The position numbers and the translations under genes were made by a program. The notes below the pieces were generated by a model. It was not told the DNA's origin and searched no databases. It saw only the letters and a list, made by a program, of their open reading frames with translations. From a virus (taxonomy: Duplodnaviria > Caudoviricetes), in IMG/VR virus record IMGVR_UViG_3300028864_000017: DNA of 64,000 nucleotides, one strand, 5' to 3'. Shown in pieces: positions 28,785 to 38,213 of this stretch (position 1 is the first letter of the stretch; every line of letters begins with the position of its first letter).

Positions 28785-29638
28785 TAAAAATATATTCAAT
28801 TCATTATATTAAGCCAGAATTTGTTGAGTTACAATATCATCAATTCAAAAAAAATTGTAATGATGAATATGAACTAATAATTGTAAATAATGCATTTGAT
28901 GATAACACAAAAAATAGTATTATTGATATTTGTAAAAAATTTAATATAAATAGCATTAAAATAACTGATAATAATAGTGAAAAATTTACATCACAATCTC
29001 ATTTTTTTGCATTAGAATATATTTTACAAAATTACATAAAAATAGATGATACTAATAATATAAGTGTTATTTTAGATTGCGATGTTTTTCCTTTTAAAAA
29101 ATTTAGTTTTATTGATATATTAAATGGTAAAAAAATTTGTGGATTATATCAACAAAGAAATATTAATAATACATCATATGAATATTTATCTGCAATATTT
29201 ACAATATTTCATAATGATATAGATTTATCTAATTTCACTTTTAATGGAATTGCGGATACTGGATCTGGAACAAATATATTAATGAAAAAATATAGCACAG
29301 AGTTAGTTATACACACAGCAGCAATAGATATTGAATCCGATTATATATTTACTAATAATAAATTGGAATATCCATATAAACAAGAATATAGATGTCAATT
29401 TATAAGTAATGAATTCATACACTATTATAGAGGTTCAAATTGGTCAGAATCTGATGAGAATTATCACAATAAAAAAAATTTATTTTTGTTAAATTTTATA
29501 AATAATTATAATATTTACAAATTAAATTTAGATGATGTTGTATTATATGATACTGCTCATAGTGACAAAGGACTTAACGGAGTTGATCACAATTATAATA
29601 ATTACAGATATATCGAAAAAATGAAAAATGAAAAATGA
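28781..29638 (+). CDS. Putative GT-A glycosyltransferase
   Basis: LIIVNN, ILDCDVFP (DxD), DTG, FIHYYRGSNW. Confidence 0.5.
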   Translation: MIKIYSIHYIKPEFVELQYHQFKKNCNDEYELIIVNNAFDDNTKNSIIDICKKFNINSIKITDNNSEKFTSQSHFFALEYILQNYIKIDDTNNISVILDCDVFPFKKFSFIDILNGKKICGLYQQRNINNTSYEYLSAIFTIFHNDIDLSNFTFNGIADTGSGTNILMKKYSTELVIHTAAIDIESDYIFTNNKLEYPYKQEYRCQFISNEFIHYYRGSNWSESDENYHNKKNLFLLNFINNYNIYKLNLDDVVLYDTAHSDKGLNGVDHNYNNYRYIEKMKNEK

Positions 29639-29660
29639 ATTAATTTCATTTTTCATTTTT
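29624..29660. terminator. Bidirectional terminator
   Basis: aaaaatgaaaaatgaa-ttaat-ttcatttttcattttt between convergent genes. Confidence 0.7.
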
Positions 29661-29679
29661 ATTATAAATAGAATGAAAA

Positions 29680-30081
29680 TTATTTATATAATAACTGAAT
29701 TAAATTTTCAGTTAGAAAAGTAATCATTTTTTTACCTGGTTGTACTTCTACATCAGGAATTGATTTTATTATACTAAATTTATCATTTCCTTCAATTTTA
29801 AGCTCATCAATATATTTCTGAATATGTTCATCCTTTTCGTAATATGATTTCATTCCTTCTATTAATACTGTCAAATTTACACCCATCTTATTGTTATATT
29901 TAATGCACTGTAATTCATTCTCATCTTTTTCAATAAGAATGTACCACAATTTACTTTTACTAACCTTTATATTTTCTAAAAATGTATAAGCACTCTTAGC
30001 TTTAGTATTTCTAGGCATTTTAGCAACTTTACCAGTAAATTGTACTATTTTATCTTTATCATTCTCTTGATTATTCTCCAT
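29680..30081 (-). CDS. Hypothetical protein; shares a domain with 39695..40180
   Basis: KYN...N......Y.......I..GNDKFSI present in both. Confidence 0.7.
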   Translation of the reverse strand: MENNQENDKDKIVQFTGKVAKMPRNTKAKSAYTFLENIKVSKSKLWYILIEKDENELQCIKYNNKMGVNLTVLIEGMKSYYEKDEHIQKYIDELKIEGNDKFSIIKSIPDVEVQPGKKMITFLTENLIQLLYK

Positions 30082-30105
30082 TAAATATATTTATTTTTAT
30101 ACATC

Positions 30106-30115
30106 TATATATTAA
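30106..30115 (-). promoter_or_regulatory. Putative late promoter TTAATATATA
   Basis: 24 nt upstream of the 30081 start. Confidence 0.4.
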
Positions 30116-30304
30116 CATTAAAAGGTTCAATTTGTTTCAATTTTTGTTATATAAAAACATTTTTATATAAAATATAAAGATTATTTAATTTAACTATAAA
30201 TACTAAAATGAATCAGTTTTTAAATAAACATTTGGACGAAATTATACTAAATAAATAAAAGTTCGTTGAAACTTTAATTGAAAATAAATTAAAATAAATA
30301 ATAT

Positions 30305-31786
30305 ATGCTTGTAGATTACGAATATAAAAATAACAATTTAATATTAAGTTTTATAAACTCCAAAGGTAATATTGAACTTAAATATTATCCTTGGGCTAGA
30401 CCAACAAAATTCATAAAAACTACTGATGATGATTCAGAAAAAAGTGGTAGATATGTAACCTGGGATGGCTCCTCAGTAAAGGAAATTTATTCAAAATATC
30501 CAAATCGTTATTCAGTTTATGATTTTATTGATAGTTTTGATAAAAAAGAAAGGGATGAAATTTATTCATATAATGAACCTGATATATTCTTTGTAGATAT
30601 AGAAAATGAGATATTAGACAAAAAACCTGAGCCTCATTTAGCTGAAAGTGCAATTCAAACAATTTCAATTGTAAATAAGAATAAAGTGTTAGTAATTGGT
30701 ACAGAACCATTAGATTCCAAACAAATTTTAAGTATAGAATCCGATTTGGTTACATACTTCAAAAAATTTGATATTGATTATAAATTTAAGTATATTCATT
30801 ATAAAACTGAATTTGATATGCTTCATGCATTTTTTAATAAATTAGTTCCAAAGATGGCTGTAATAACTGGTTGGAATTTCATTGGTTATGACTGGACATT
30901 CTTAGTTGCAAGAGCTAGAAAATTAGGACTTGAACCTGAGGTTGCATCATTCACAAGAAAACTTAATAAACCATTCAACCCACCAAATGCAATACATCCA
31001 GATTATTCTGAATTACCTGCTCATAGAGTTATTGTTGATTATATGGAATTATTTAAGAAATGGGATCAATCTGTTAAAGTTAAAGAAAGTTTATCACTTG
31101 ATTTTGCATCTGAAAAAATACTTGGTAAAGAGATTAAGAAAATTAACTATGATGGTGATTTAAAAAGATTACACAGAGAAGATTTTAAAAAATTCGTGTT
31201 TTATAATGCAGTAGATAGTTGTCTTGTACAAAGGATTCATGAAAAAATGAAATATGTAGACATTCTTTATGGTATGGCTGTATTAGGTAAAATTAAGATT
31301 AAAGATGCTATTTCTACTCTTGCTCTAACAGAAGGAATTTTAAGAGAGAAATTAAGAGATCAAAAAAATATTGTACTTGTAAGAAATGAAGATAGTGAAT
31401 ATGGAGACACAGAATCTGAAGCTATAAAAGGAGGATGGGTTAAAGATCCAGTAAGAGGTATGGCAACATGGACATGTTGTTTTGACTTTGCATCTCTATA
31501 TCCTACAACAATGAGGGAATTTAATATATCAGCAGATTCATATAAAGGACAAAAAGTAAAAGGAAAAGACTACTCAATTTTTAATGGACATCAATTAGAA
31601 ATTGATTCTGATGATATTGTTACTCTAAATGGTTCAGTATTTAAGAATGAAGACGGAGTTGTTACTCAAGTAATGGCTGAAGTATATTCAGATAGAAAAA
31701 AATGGAAGAAAGTAATGAATCAAAAGCACGAAGAACTTGAAAAATTAAAAGATGAATTAAAAAAATTAGAAGAAACTGCATTATAA
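30305..31786 (+). CDS. gp43: Family-B DNA polymerase, N-terminal subunit (T4 gp43A-like: 3'-5' exonuclease + motif A); split polymerase
   Basis: ExoI FVDIE, ExoII GWNFIGYDW, ExoIII YNAVD, motif A DFASLYP; ends in the fingers helix; motifs B and C absent. Confidence 0.85.
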   Translation: MLVDYEYKNNNLILSFINSKGNIELKYYPWARPTKFIKTTDDDSEKSGRYVTWDGSSVKEIYSKYPNRYSVYDFIDSFDKKERDEIYSYNEPDIFFVDIENEILDKKPEPHLAESAIQTISIVNKNKVLVIGTEPLDSKQILSIESDLVTYFKKFDIDYKFKYIHYKTEFDMLHAFFNKLVPKMAVITGWNFIGYDWTFLVARARKLGLEPEVASFTRKLNKPFNPPNAIHPDYSELPAHRVIVDYMELFKKWDQSVKVKESLSLDFASEKILGKEIKKINYDGDLKRLHREDFKKFVFYNAVDSCLVQRIHEKMKYVDILYGMAVLGKIKIKDAISTLALTEGILREKLRDQKNIVLVRNEDSEYGDTESEAIKGGWVKDPVRGMATWTCCFDFASLYPTTMREFNISADSYKGQKVKGKDYSIFNGHQLEIDSDDIVTLNGSVFKNEDGVVTQVMAEVYSDRKKWKKVMNQKHEELEKLKDELKKLEETAL

Positions 31787-31800
31787 GTAATAATAAAAAT

Positions 31801-32307
31801 ATGGTAATTCCAATATATTTAAAGCCAAAATTTAAAGTAGGAGATATAATTATATCATTATTTGATATTAATTTAGAATATTATCGTTTCACTCCTTATC
31901 ATGAATTTACAATAATTAGTCATAATGATGAAGATGGTTATACAATTAAAGATAACGAATTAGGAATAGAATTAGTAGTAGATTCACATTATAAAAAAAA
32001 TCCAATTCATGATTTATTAAAAAACTTTACGATAAAAACAGATTTAAATACTGCTAGAAAAAGATCAAATTATTTAAATAGAAAGAAAAATTTTATCGAA
32101 TTTATTAGAACGAATTGTCCAAATCTAAGTTATGGTTATGATGAATATGAAAGATATGAAACTTGTAAAATAAAAAAAGGATATTGTAATTCTTGTAATA
32201 TATCAGAAGATTGTATTTGTCATATTAGTTCTGATGCTGTTAATAAAAATTCAGATGTAATTAAATATATTAGGGATAAAAAATTAAAAAAAATTAAAAA
32301 TATTTGA
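31801..32307 (+). CDS. Hypothetical protein (FKVGD SH3-like N-terminus, Cys cluster, RxxKL tag)
   Basis: PKFKVGDII; CxxKKGYCNSCxxxxxCxC; ends IRDKKLKKIKNI. Confidence 0.65.
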   Translation: MVIPIYLKPKFKVGDIIISLFDINLEYYRFTPYHEFTIISHNDEDGYTIKDNELGIELVVDSHYKKNPIHDLLKNFTIKTDLNTARKRSNYLNRKKNFIEFIRTNCPNLSYGYDEYERYETCKIKKGYCNSCNISEDCICHISSDAVNKNSDVIKYIRDKKLKKIKNI

Positions 32308-32597
32308 TGCCAAAAAATCTTGAATTATATCAAAAAATCTTAGATGCTTCAAATATGATTCACAATAAATCATTGAAAGGAAGCGGAAATTATATCATAT
32401 TGAATTCGAAATGTTCAGAAATATTAGAAAAATACGAAGAACAACGAAAGAAAAAGGAAGATAGAAAGAAAAAATTGAAACAGATAGAAAAATTATCAAC
32501 TAATACAGATGATGAAATTAATAATATCCTATATTTTAGAAAGAATGAATCAGAAAAATATAGGCAAAAAATAGAATTTAAACATAAAAAACATTAA
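32307..32597 (+). CDS. Small protein with a gp23-major-capsid-like segment and RxxKL motif
   Basis: ATG at 32307 overlaps the upstream stop; LYQKILDASNMIHNKSLKGSGNYIILNSKCSEIL then DRKKKLKQI. Confidence 0.6.
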   Translation: MPKNLELYQKILDASNMIHNKSLKGSGNYIILNSKCSEILEKYEEQRKKKEDRKKKLKQIEKLSTNTDDEINNILYFRKNESEKYRQKIEFKHKKH

Positions 32598-32611
32598 ATT
32601 AATAAAAATAT

Positions 32612-32644
32612 AATGAACTACATATTATTGTAGTTCATTTTTTT
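32612..32644 (+). terminator. Intrinsic terminator
   Basis: aatgaactaca-tattat-tgtagttcatt + T-tract. Confidence 0.75.
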
Positions 32645-32646
32645 AT

Positions 32647-32654
32647 TATCTTTG
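32647..32654 (+). promoter_or_regulatory. Bacteroidota -7 element TATCTTTG
   Basis: Directly after a terminator, 29 nt before the 32684 start. Confidence 0.6.
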
Positions 32655-32683
32655 TACATTAATTATAAAAAAACAAATAGGGC

Positions 32684-33010
32684 ATGAAATCAGAATATGG
32701 ATATAGCTTAGAAAATTCTTGGATAAACGAGAATAACATTGAAAATTATAAAGCATTTAACAAATTAATGGAAACATTTGAATTTGTAGGTGTTTTTTCA
32801 GATAAATTGATAATAAAAGTATTTAATCTAGCTTTTAGAATGACTGAAATTAAAAATTATTTGATAGATAATAAAATTTCTAAAATAGAAGCAGACGTCA
32901 AATATAAAGAAGTTACAAATGAATTCGTAGATTTATTGAATGTTTATTGTATTTTCTCAAGTATTTTTAAAAGCAATTGTACAATGTTATTTATAAGTAT
33001 AGGATTATGA
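32684..33010 (+). CDS. Hypothetical protein
   Basis: 108-aa ORF downstream of a host-type promoter. Confidence 0.6.
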   Translation: MKSEYGYSLENSWINENNIENYKAFNKLMETFEFVGVFSDKLIIKVFNLAFRMTEIKNYLIDNKISKIEADVKYKEVTNEFVDLLNVYCIFSSIFKSNCTMLFISIGL

Positions 33011-33210
33011 AAATATTAATGGCTATAATTTTCTTTATCGCTTTTTGCGGAACAGTATTCTTTTTTGGTAAATTAATGGTTTGGATGACATCTAAAATAA
33101 ATCCAAGTTCATTTGAAAATAAAATGACAAATTCTCAAATATTGAGTTATAATATAATTATGACAGTATCAATTTTTTTGTGGACAATTCTCTATTATTT
33201 AAGCTTATAA
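33007..33210 (+). CDS. Small two-TM membrane protein
   Basis: ATGA overlap at 33007; two hydrophobic stretches. Confidence 0.55.
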   Translation: MKILMAIIFFIAFCGTVFFFGKLMVWMTSKINPSSFENKMTNSQILSYNIIMTVSIFLWTILYYLSL

Positions 33211-33222
33211 AAAATAAAAATT

Positions 33223-33660
33223 ATGAAACCAGTAAGAGTTTTTTTTAAATCAGTGAGTAAATATTTTGAAACCTGTTCATTATGGGTTATTTTTGGTGTG
33301 ACATACATATCAGCATTAGTTATTTTTCTATTGATGTTTCGTCTTTTTATTGGTAATAACGATGTTATTATTCTTAATGTTTTTATAAAACTTTCATTCT
33401 TTTTATCTTTTATATTTTCTTGCTTATCAACATTAACAGTTAGTAGTTCAAGAAAAAGTGATGTTTTTTGGAAATATCATAATGAAGTTGAAACTTTGAT
33501 AAATGATTCTGATACAGTTGATTCTTTACACGATATATTTGATAACGAAATACAAAAATTATGGAAAATGTCAATTGGTGGAATACATAATTTAGAAGCA
33601 AATAGATTGGTTTCATTAATTAATATAAAAATAAAAACAATTGAGAAAATAAAGCCATGA
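33223..33660 (+). CDS. Two-TM membrane protein
   Basis: Two hydrophobic segments followed by a helical soluble tail. Confidence 0.6.
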   Translation: MKPVRVFFKSVSKYFETCSLWVIFGVTYISALVIFLLMFRLFIGNNDVIILNVFIKLSFFLSFIFSCLSTLTVSSSRKSDVFWKYHNEVETLINDSDTVDSLHDIFDNEIQKLWKMSIGGIHNLEANRLVSLINIKIKTIEKIKP

Positions 33661-33896
33661 AAAATACAACAGTAGAGAGTTATTTATTATCTATTGAGGC
33701 ATTAGGAGAAAATATTATAAAAAAAATAAAAATTTCTGCATATACAGATGATGTAGCATGTTATAATGTAACTTATTTTGATGTTGAATTAGCAAAAAAT
33801 AGAAAAAAATTAATCACTATTAAATTATCTGAATATCATTTATTTATAAATAAATTGATTCGTAAACAAAAACTTCAAAAACTATCTGAATATTAA
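33657..33896 (+). CDS. Hypothetical protein with RxxKL tag
   Basis: Ends IRKQKLQKLSEY. Confidence 0.6.
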   Translation: MKNTTVESYLLSIEALGENIIKKIKISAYTDDVACYNVTYFDVELAKNRKKLITIKLSEYHLFINKLIRKQKLQKLSEY

Positions 33897-33916
33897 TAAT
33901 ATTTAATAAATAAAAA

Positions 33917-34786
33917 ATGGAAAAAACTTTAGATATTACTGAGAAAAAGAGTGCTGCTTTTTTGTCTGTTATTGCATCAGGAGCATTGACTATATTTAAG
34001 CTAATTGTTGGTTTATTAACAGGTAGTTTAGGAATATTGTCGGAAGCATTACACTCAACTTTGGATATGATAGCTGCTATTATAACATATTTTTCTGTTA
34101 GAATTTCAGATAAGCCTGCAGATAATGAACATAATTATGGACATGGTAAAGTAGAAAATTTGTCAGCATTTGCAGAGGCCATATTATTAGCAATTACAAG
34201 TATTTGGATAATTTATGAATCAATAACAAAGTTAATTTTAAATGATTTTAATGTTGAAGTGACTATATGGAGTTATGTGGTTATTATATCATCTATTGTA
34301 ATTGACATAAATAGATCAAGAATGCTTAAAAAAGTTGCATTAAAATATAATAGTCAAGCATTAGAAGCTGATTCTATTCATTTTAAAACCGATATATGGA
34401 GTTCATGTGTTGTTTTAGTAGGGTTGATTCTTGTTAATTTTAATATACATTGGGCAGATTCAATTGCAGCATTAGGTGTTGCCTTTATCATAATTTTAGT
34501 TTCTTATAGATTAGCTAAAAACGCAATTGATGTTCTGTTAGATAAAGCGCCAGAAGGTGTAAGAGATATTATAATAGAAATATTAAATAATCATGAAGAA
34601 GTTAAAATATACCATGATTTAAAAACCAGAAGTTCAGGAGCAGATACTTTCATTAAATTTGACTTGCATTTGAATCCAGAACTAAGTTTATTAGAAGCTC
34701 ATTCTGTTTGTGACAAAATTGAAATTGAGATTAAAGAAAAAATAAAAAGAAGTGAAATTTATATTCACATAGAACCAAACGAATAA
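33917..34786 (+). CDS. Cation diffusion facilitator (FieF/ZnT-like) metal transporter
   Basis: Six TM helices; ALHSTLD (TM2), HNYGHGKVE, ADSIHFKTD (TM5); C-terminal dimerisation domain with AH..CD and IHIEP. Confidence 0.9.
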   Translation: MEKTLDITEKKSAAFLSVIASGALTIFKLIVGLLTGSLGILSEALHSTLDMIAAIITYFSVRISDKPADNEHNYGHGKVENLSAFAEAILLAITSIWIIYESITKLILNDFNVEVTIWSYVVIISSIVIDINRSRMLKKVALKYNSQALEADSIHFKTDIWSSCVVLVGLILVNFNIHWADSIAALGVAFIIILVSYRLAKNAIDVLLDKAPEGVRDIIIEILNNHEEVKIYHDLKTRSSGADTFIKFDLHLNPELSLLEAHSVCDKIEIEIKEKIKRSEIYIHIEPNE

Positions 34787-34790
34787 ATAA

Positions 34791-34997
34791 ATGATAAAAT
34801 TTGATTTAACTGAAAAAGAAGAACAATCTGCAAATAAGTGGATTGAAAAACAAGAAAAAAAGAAAAAATCTCCTAAAACAGCAATAGGTGGTAGATTTAG
34901 TTACAAATTTACTCCAACAGGAATAGCAACAGCAGTGACTATAATTGATAATTATTTGAAAAAAGAAGAAAATATAACTGATTATGACTGTTGGTAA
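34791..34997 (+). CDS. Small hypothetical phage protein
   Basis: AIGGRFSYKFTPTGIA...ITDYDCW. Confidence 0.65.
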   Translation: MIKFDLTEKEEQSANKWIEKQEKKKKSPKTAIGGRFSYKFTPTGIATAVTIIDNYLKKEENITDYDCW

Positions 34998-35511
34998 AAA
35001 TAAAAAAATGACAAAGGAAGAATTCATTGAACTAAATAATAGCATAAAAAATTCAATAATTGAAAAATATGGCGATATGGCTTACTATGTGATAAATGAT
35101 ATTTTTAATGTTGGATTTATGGAAGATATCTGTATAGAACTCGGATATACAGTAACACGTTGTAATCTTGATTTTACTATTTATTCTAAACTATTTGATG
35201 AGAATGGTAAAGAGATTGGAGTCATTAGTAATCAAGGAACACCTAGTATTGAGATTTATAAAAGACTAAAAAAACATGCTATTAAAATATCAAAAAATGA
35301 AAATGTAATTTCACCTATAGAAGGAATTCATAGAATTTTAGATTGGCATACAGTTGAAGGTAAATTACACAAATTAGCAGGTGGTGAAATAATTTTACAT
35401 TTTAAGCCATTAGAAATTACTGATGAAGAAATTAAAGAATTTGATAATAGAACAAAAATGCTTGATTTATTAAAAACGATGGTGACAAAAAATGATAATG
35501 TTGTGAATTAA
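34984..35511 (+). CDS. Hypothetical protein
   Basis: 175-aa ORF in operon. Confidence 0.6.
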   Translation: MTVGKNKKMTKEEFIELNNSIKNSIIEKYGDMAYYVINDIFNVGFMEDICIELGYTVTRCNLDFTIYSKLFDENGKEIGVISNQGTPSIEIYKRLKKHAIKISKNENVISPIEGIHRILDWHTVEGKLHKLAGGEIILHFKPLEITDEEIKEFDNRTKMLDLLKTMVTKNDNVVN

Positions 35512-35552
35512 TTTTCACAACATTTTTTTATATGAAAAACGGAAAATGTTTT

Positions 35553-35562
35553 TTAATATATA
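35553..35562 (+). promoter_or_regulatory. Putative late promoter TTAATATATA
   Basis: 20 nt upstream of the 35583 start. Confidence 0.45.
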
Positions 35563-35582
35563 CATAAAAATAACAAATTAAT

Positions 35583-36323
35583 ATGTTACCAAGAGATACT
35601 ACTATTAGACAATTAAAAAAGTTAAGAAAGGAAACAAAAGGAAAAGACATTGGAGATTTAACAACTAATGATAGATTGAATAAAGGTATTCCAAATTTAC
35701 AATATATAGGAAATCCTGTTGATAACCATATAAGTAGCTGGGAAGAATTTGCTGCAAAGGATAGTAAACTACAAACAATAGCATTCAAATCTAAATTAGT
35801 AAATAAATCAGTGAAAGAAAATAAATATAGTAATATGAAAGATATAAAAAATGTATTAAAATTTAAAGATTTTGATGAAAACGTTGAAAAAACAGCCCAT
35901 CATGTAACAGAAGGACCAGAAAAAGGTAATAATAAAATTGTAAACTCAGAAACACCAAATGCTGAACCAGATACTAAAAAATCAAAGTCTAATATTGATA
36001 CAATAAAGGAAGCTAATGAAATGCCAAAATATACAATGTTAGGTCAAGAAAAAGATAACAAATCAAATCCTCTTTTTGGTATTGGAGCAGTTAAAGCACA
36101 AGAAATAAAGAAAATAACTGATTTTAATGTTATTGATCCACAAACACCAAAAGAAAGACCAATATTAAATGCTGGAGTATTTATTGATAATGATATAGTT
36201 AAAGGATATGTTAATAGAATAGAAGGTAGAGATGTTTATGTTGAATCTGTTGATGAACCAATGGTAATAAAAAAGTTTAATATTAAAGATGCTGTTAAAA
36301 TAAAAAAAGATAAAAAAGAATAA
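35583..36323 (+). CDS. Hypothetical protein, probably late/head-associated
   Basis: Late-type promoter; internal leader-like segments (VLKFKDFDE, IKKITDF). Confidence 0.6.
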   Translation: MLPRDTTIRQLKKLRKETKGKDIGDLTTNDRLNKGIPNLQYIGNPVDNHISSWEEFAAKDSKLQTIAFKSKLVNKSVKENKYSNMKDIKNVLKFKDFDENVEKTAHHVTEGPEKGNNKIVNSETPNAEPDTKKSKSNIDTIKEANEMPKYTMLGQEKDNKSNPLFGIGAVKAQEIKKITDFNVIDPQTPKERPILNAGVFIDNDIVKGYVNRIEGRDVYVESVDEPMVIKKFNIKDAVKIKKDKKE

Positions 36324-36351
36324 AAAAAGCTACTCATTTGAGTAGCTTTTT
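36324..36351. terminator. Bidirectional terminator
   Basis: aaaaagctactca-tt-tgagtagcttttt between convergent genes. Confidence 0.8.
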
Positions 36352-36353
36352 GT

Positions 36354-37694
36354 TTATAATAATTCATTAGCTATATTTGCTAATTCAGATCTTTCACCTT
36401 TCTCTAATGTTACATGAGCATAAATTGCCTGATTTTTTATCTTTGCTATTAAATGTGATAATCCATTACTTTGTGCATCCAAATATGGAGTATCAATTTG
36501 ATTTATATCACCAGTAAAAATAATTTTAGTTCCTTCTCCTGCTCTTGTTATAATTGTTTTAATTTCATGTGGAGTTAAATTTTGAGCTTCATCAACAATG
36601 AAAAATACATTAGATATACTACGACCACGAATATAAGCTAATGGAGTAATAACTAATTTTTCATCTTTAACGCAATCTTGAATAAATTTATATTCTTTAT
36701 CACTATCTTTGAATTGACTTTGTATAAATTTTAGATTATCCCAAAGTGGAAGCATATATGGACTTATTTTCTCATCAACTGAGCCAGGAAGATAGCCTAA
36801 ATCCTTACCACTCAATGGTATAATTGGTCTAGCTAAAAATATTTGTTTAAAATTTCTCTTCTGACTAAGTGCTGCAGCTAATGCCAATAAAGTTTTTCCT
36901 GTTCCAGCAACTCCTTGTAACGATACTAGTTTGACATCAGGGTTTAGTAATGCATGTAATGCGAATACTTGCTCAGAATTTCTTGGTGTTATTTTATAAC
37001 AAGTTTCTTTATCAATTCTTTCAACCATTTTTTTTGATGCATTGTAATATGCTAATGCAGATGCTGCCGAAATAGTTGATTTAATAATAAGATATTTATT
37101 GTTTAGTAAATTTGTAATTCCAAGTTCTTGAGGAGTACAAACATTATCTTGATATAATTTAGTAATAATGTCATCATTATCTAATTCTATTGTTGATCTA
37201 CCTGTGAATAATTTATCAGTATCTTTAATTTTACCTGTTAAATAATCTTCTGAGTTAACATTTAAAGATTTTGCTTTTAATCTTAAATTTATATCTTTTG
37301 ATACAAGTATAATCTTTTTATCAGGATATTCCTCTACCAATGACAATGCGGTATTTAAAATTAAATGATCTGGTTTTGTTGATTTGAAAACTAAACAAGC
37401 ATCAGTTGTTCCAGTTGTTTCATTCATCACTACTTTTACTCTACCTTTTCCTTTGCCAATAGGAATCCACTCACTTAAATTACATTTTGATGCTAATTTG
37501 TCTGTTTTTCTAATAAATTCTCTTGCTTCATAATTAATTGTATCATTACCTTTTTTGAAATCATCTAATTCTTCGAATACTGTAATAGGAATTGCAACAT
37601 CATTTTCTTCAAAATTGTAAATTGCATTGTGATCGTAAAGTATTACACTTGTGTCAAGTACAAATATTTTATCACTTTTTTCTTTTTTAGCCAT
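36354..37694 (-). CDS. phoH: PIN-domain PhoH-family ATPase (PhoH2/YlaK-like)
   Basis: N-terminal PIN VLDTSV...ELD; Walker A GVAGTGKT; YIRGRS; IVDEAQN; GD..QID; ERSELA. Confidence 0.9.
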   Translation of the reverse strand: MAKKEKSDKIFVLDTSVILYDHNAIYNFEENDVAIPITVFEELDDFKKGNDTINYEAREFIRKTDKLASKCNLSEWIPIGKGKGRVKVVMNETTGTTDACLVFKSTKPDHLILNTALSLVEEYPDKKIILVSKDINLRLKAKSLNVNSEDYLTGKIKDTDKLFTGRSTIELDNDDIITKLYQDNVCTPQELGITNLLNNKYLIIKSTISAASALAYYNASKKMVERIDKETCYKITPRNSEQVFALHALLNPDVKLVSLQGVAGTGKTLLALAAALSQKRNFKQIFLARPIIPLSGKDLGYLPGSVDEKISPYMLPLWDNLKFIQSQFKDSDKEYKFIQDCVKDEKLVITPLAYIRGRSISNVFFIVDEAQNLTPHEIKTIITRAGEGTKIIFTGDINQIDTPYLDAQSNGLSHLIAKIKNQAIYAHVTLEKGERSELANIANELL

Positions 37695-37724
37695 TTATTT
37701 TAATTATTTTTTTGTTTGTTATTA

Positions 37725-38213
37725 TTAATTTTTATTATATATTTTATATGTATGGTCATAATCATTCTTTTCGTCTTTTGATTTAAATTCTTCTGATACA
37801 CAATACCATTTATCGTCAAGTTCTGGAAAAGTTGTATCTCCATCTATAATAGTAAGAACTACAGTCAAATATACAGTATCTGAAATATCTAAAAATTGTT
37901 TGTATATACTACCACCTCCTGTTATAAAAACTTCATCTCCATACATGTTAGCTGTTTCTAATGCATCTTCTATTGAATATACTGGAATAGTATCAGGTTC
38001 ATTAAAACTCTTGTCTAATGTCAATACTATATTTGTTCTATTTGGTAATGCTCCTTTTGGTAAAGAATAAAATGTTTTATCACCCATGATAATAGGTTTA
38101 TTAAGAGTCAATTCTTTGAATTTTTTAAGATCACTGCTTAATCTCCACAATAATTTATTATCTTTTCCTATCACCAAATTTTCTGATACTGCTACAATTA
38201 TATTTACTTTCAT
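37725..38213 (-). CDS. folA: Dihydrofolate reductase
   Basis: IIVAVSEN.VIG.DNKL.W....DLKKFKELT...IIMG.KT..SLP...LPNR.NIVLT; GGGSIY. Confidence 0.95.
   Translation of the reverse strand: MKVNIIVAVSENLVIGKDNKLLWRLSSDLKKFKELTLNKPIIMGDKTFYSLPKGALPNRTNIVLTLDKSFNEPDTIPVYSIEDALETANMYGDEVFITGGGSIYKQFLDISDTVYLTVVLTIIDGDTTFPELDDKWYCVSEEFKSKDEKNDYDHTYKIYNKN

Noticed and set aside
30208-30258. 16-aa ORF (MNQFLNKHLDEIILNK) upstream of polB, next to a TATAAATA
   Set aside because: Too short, with no motif or coupling evidence; may be chance or a degraded remnant
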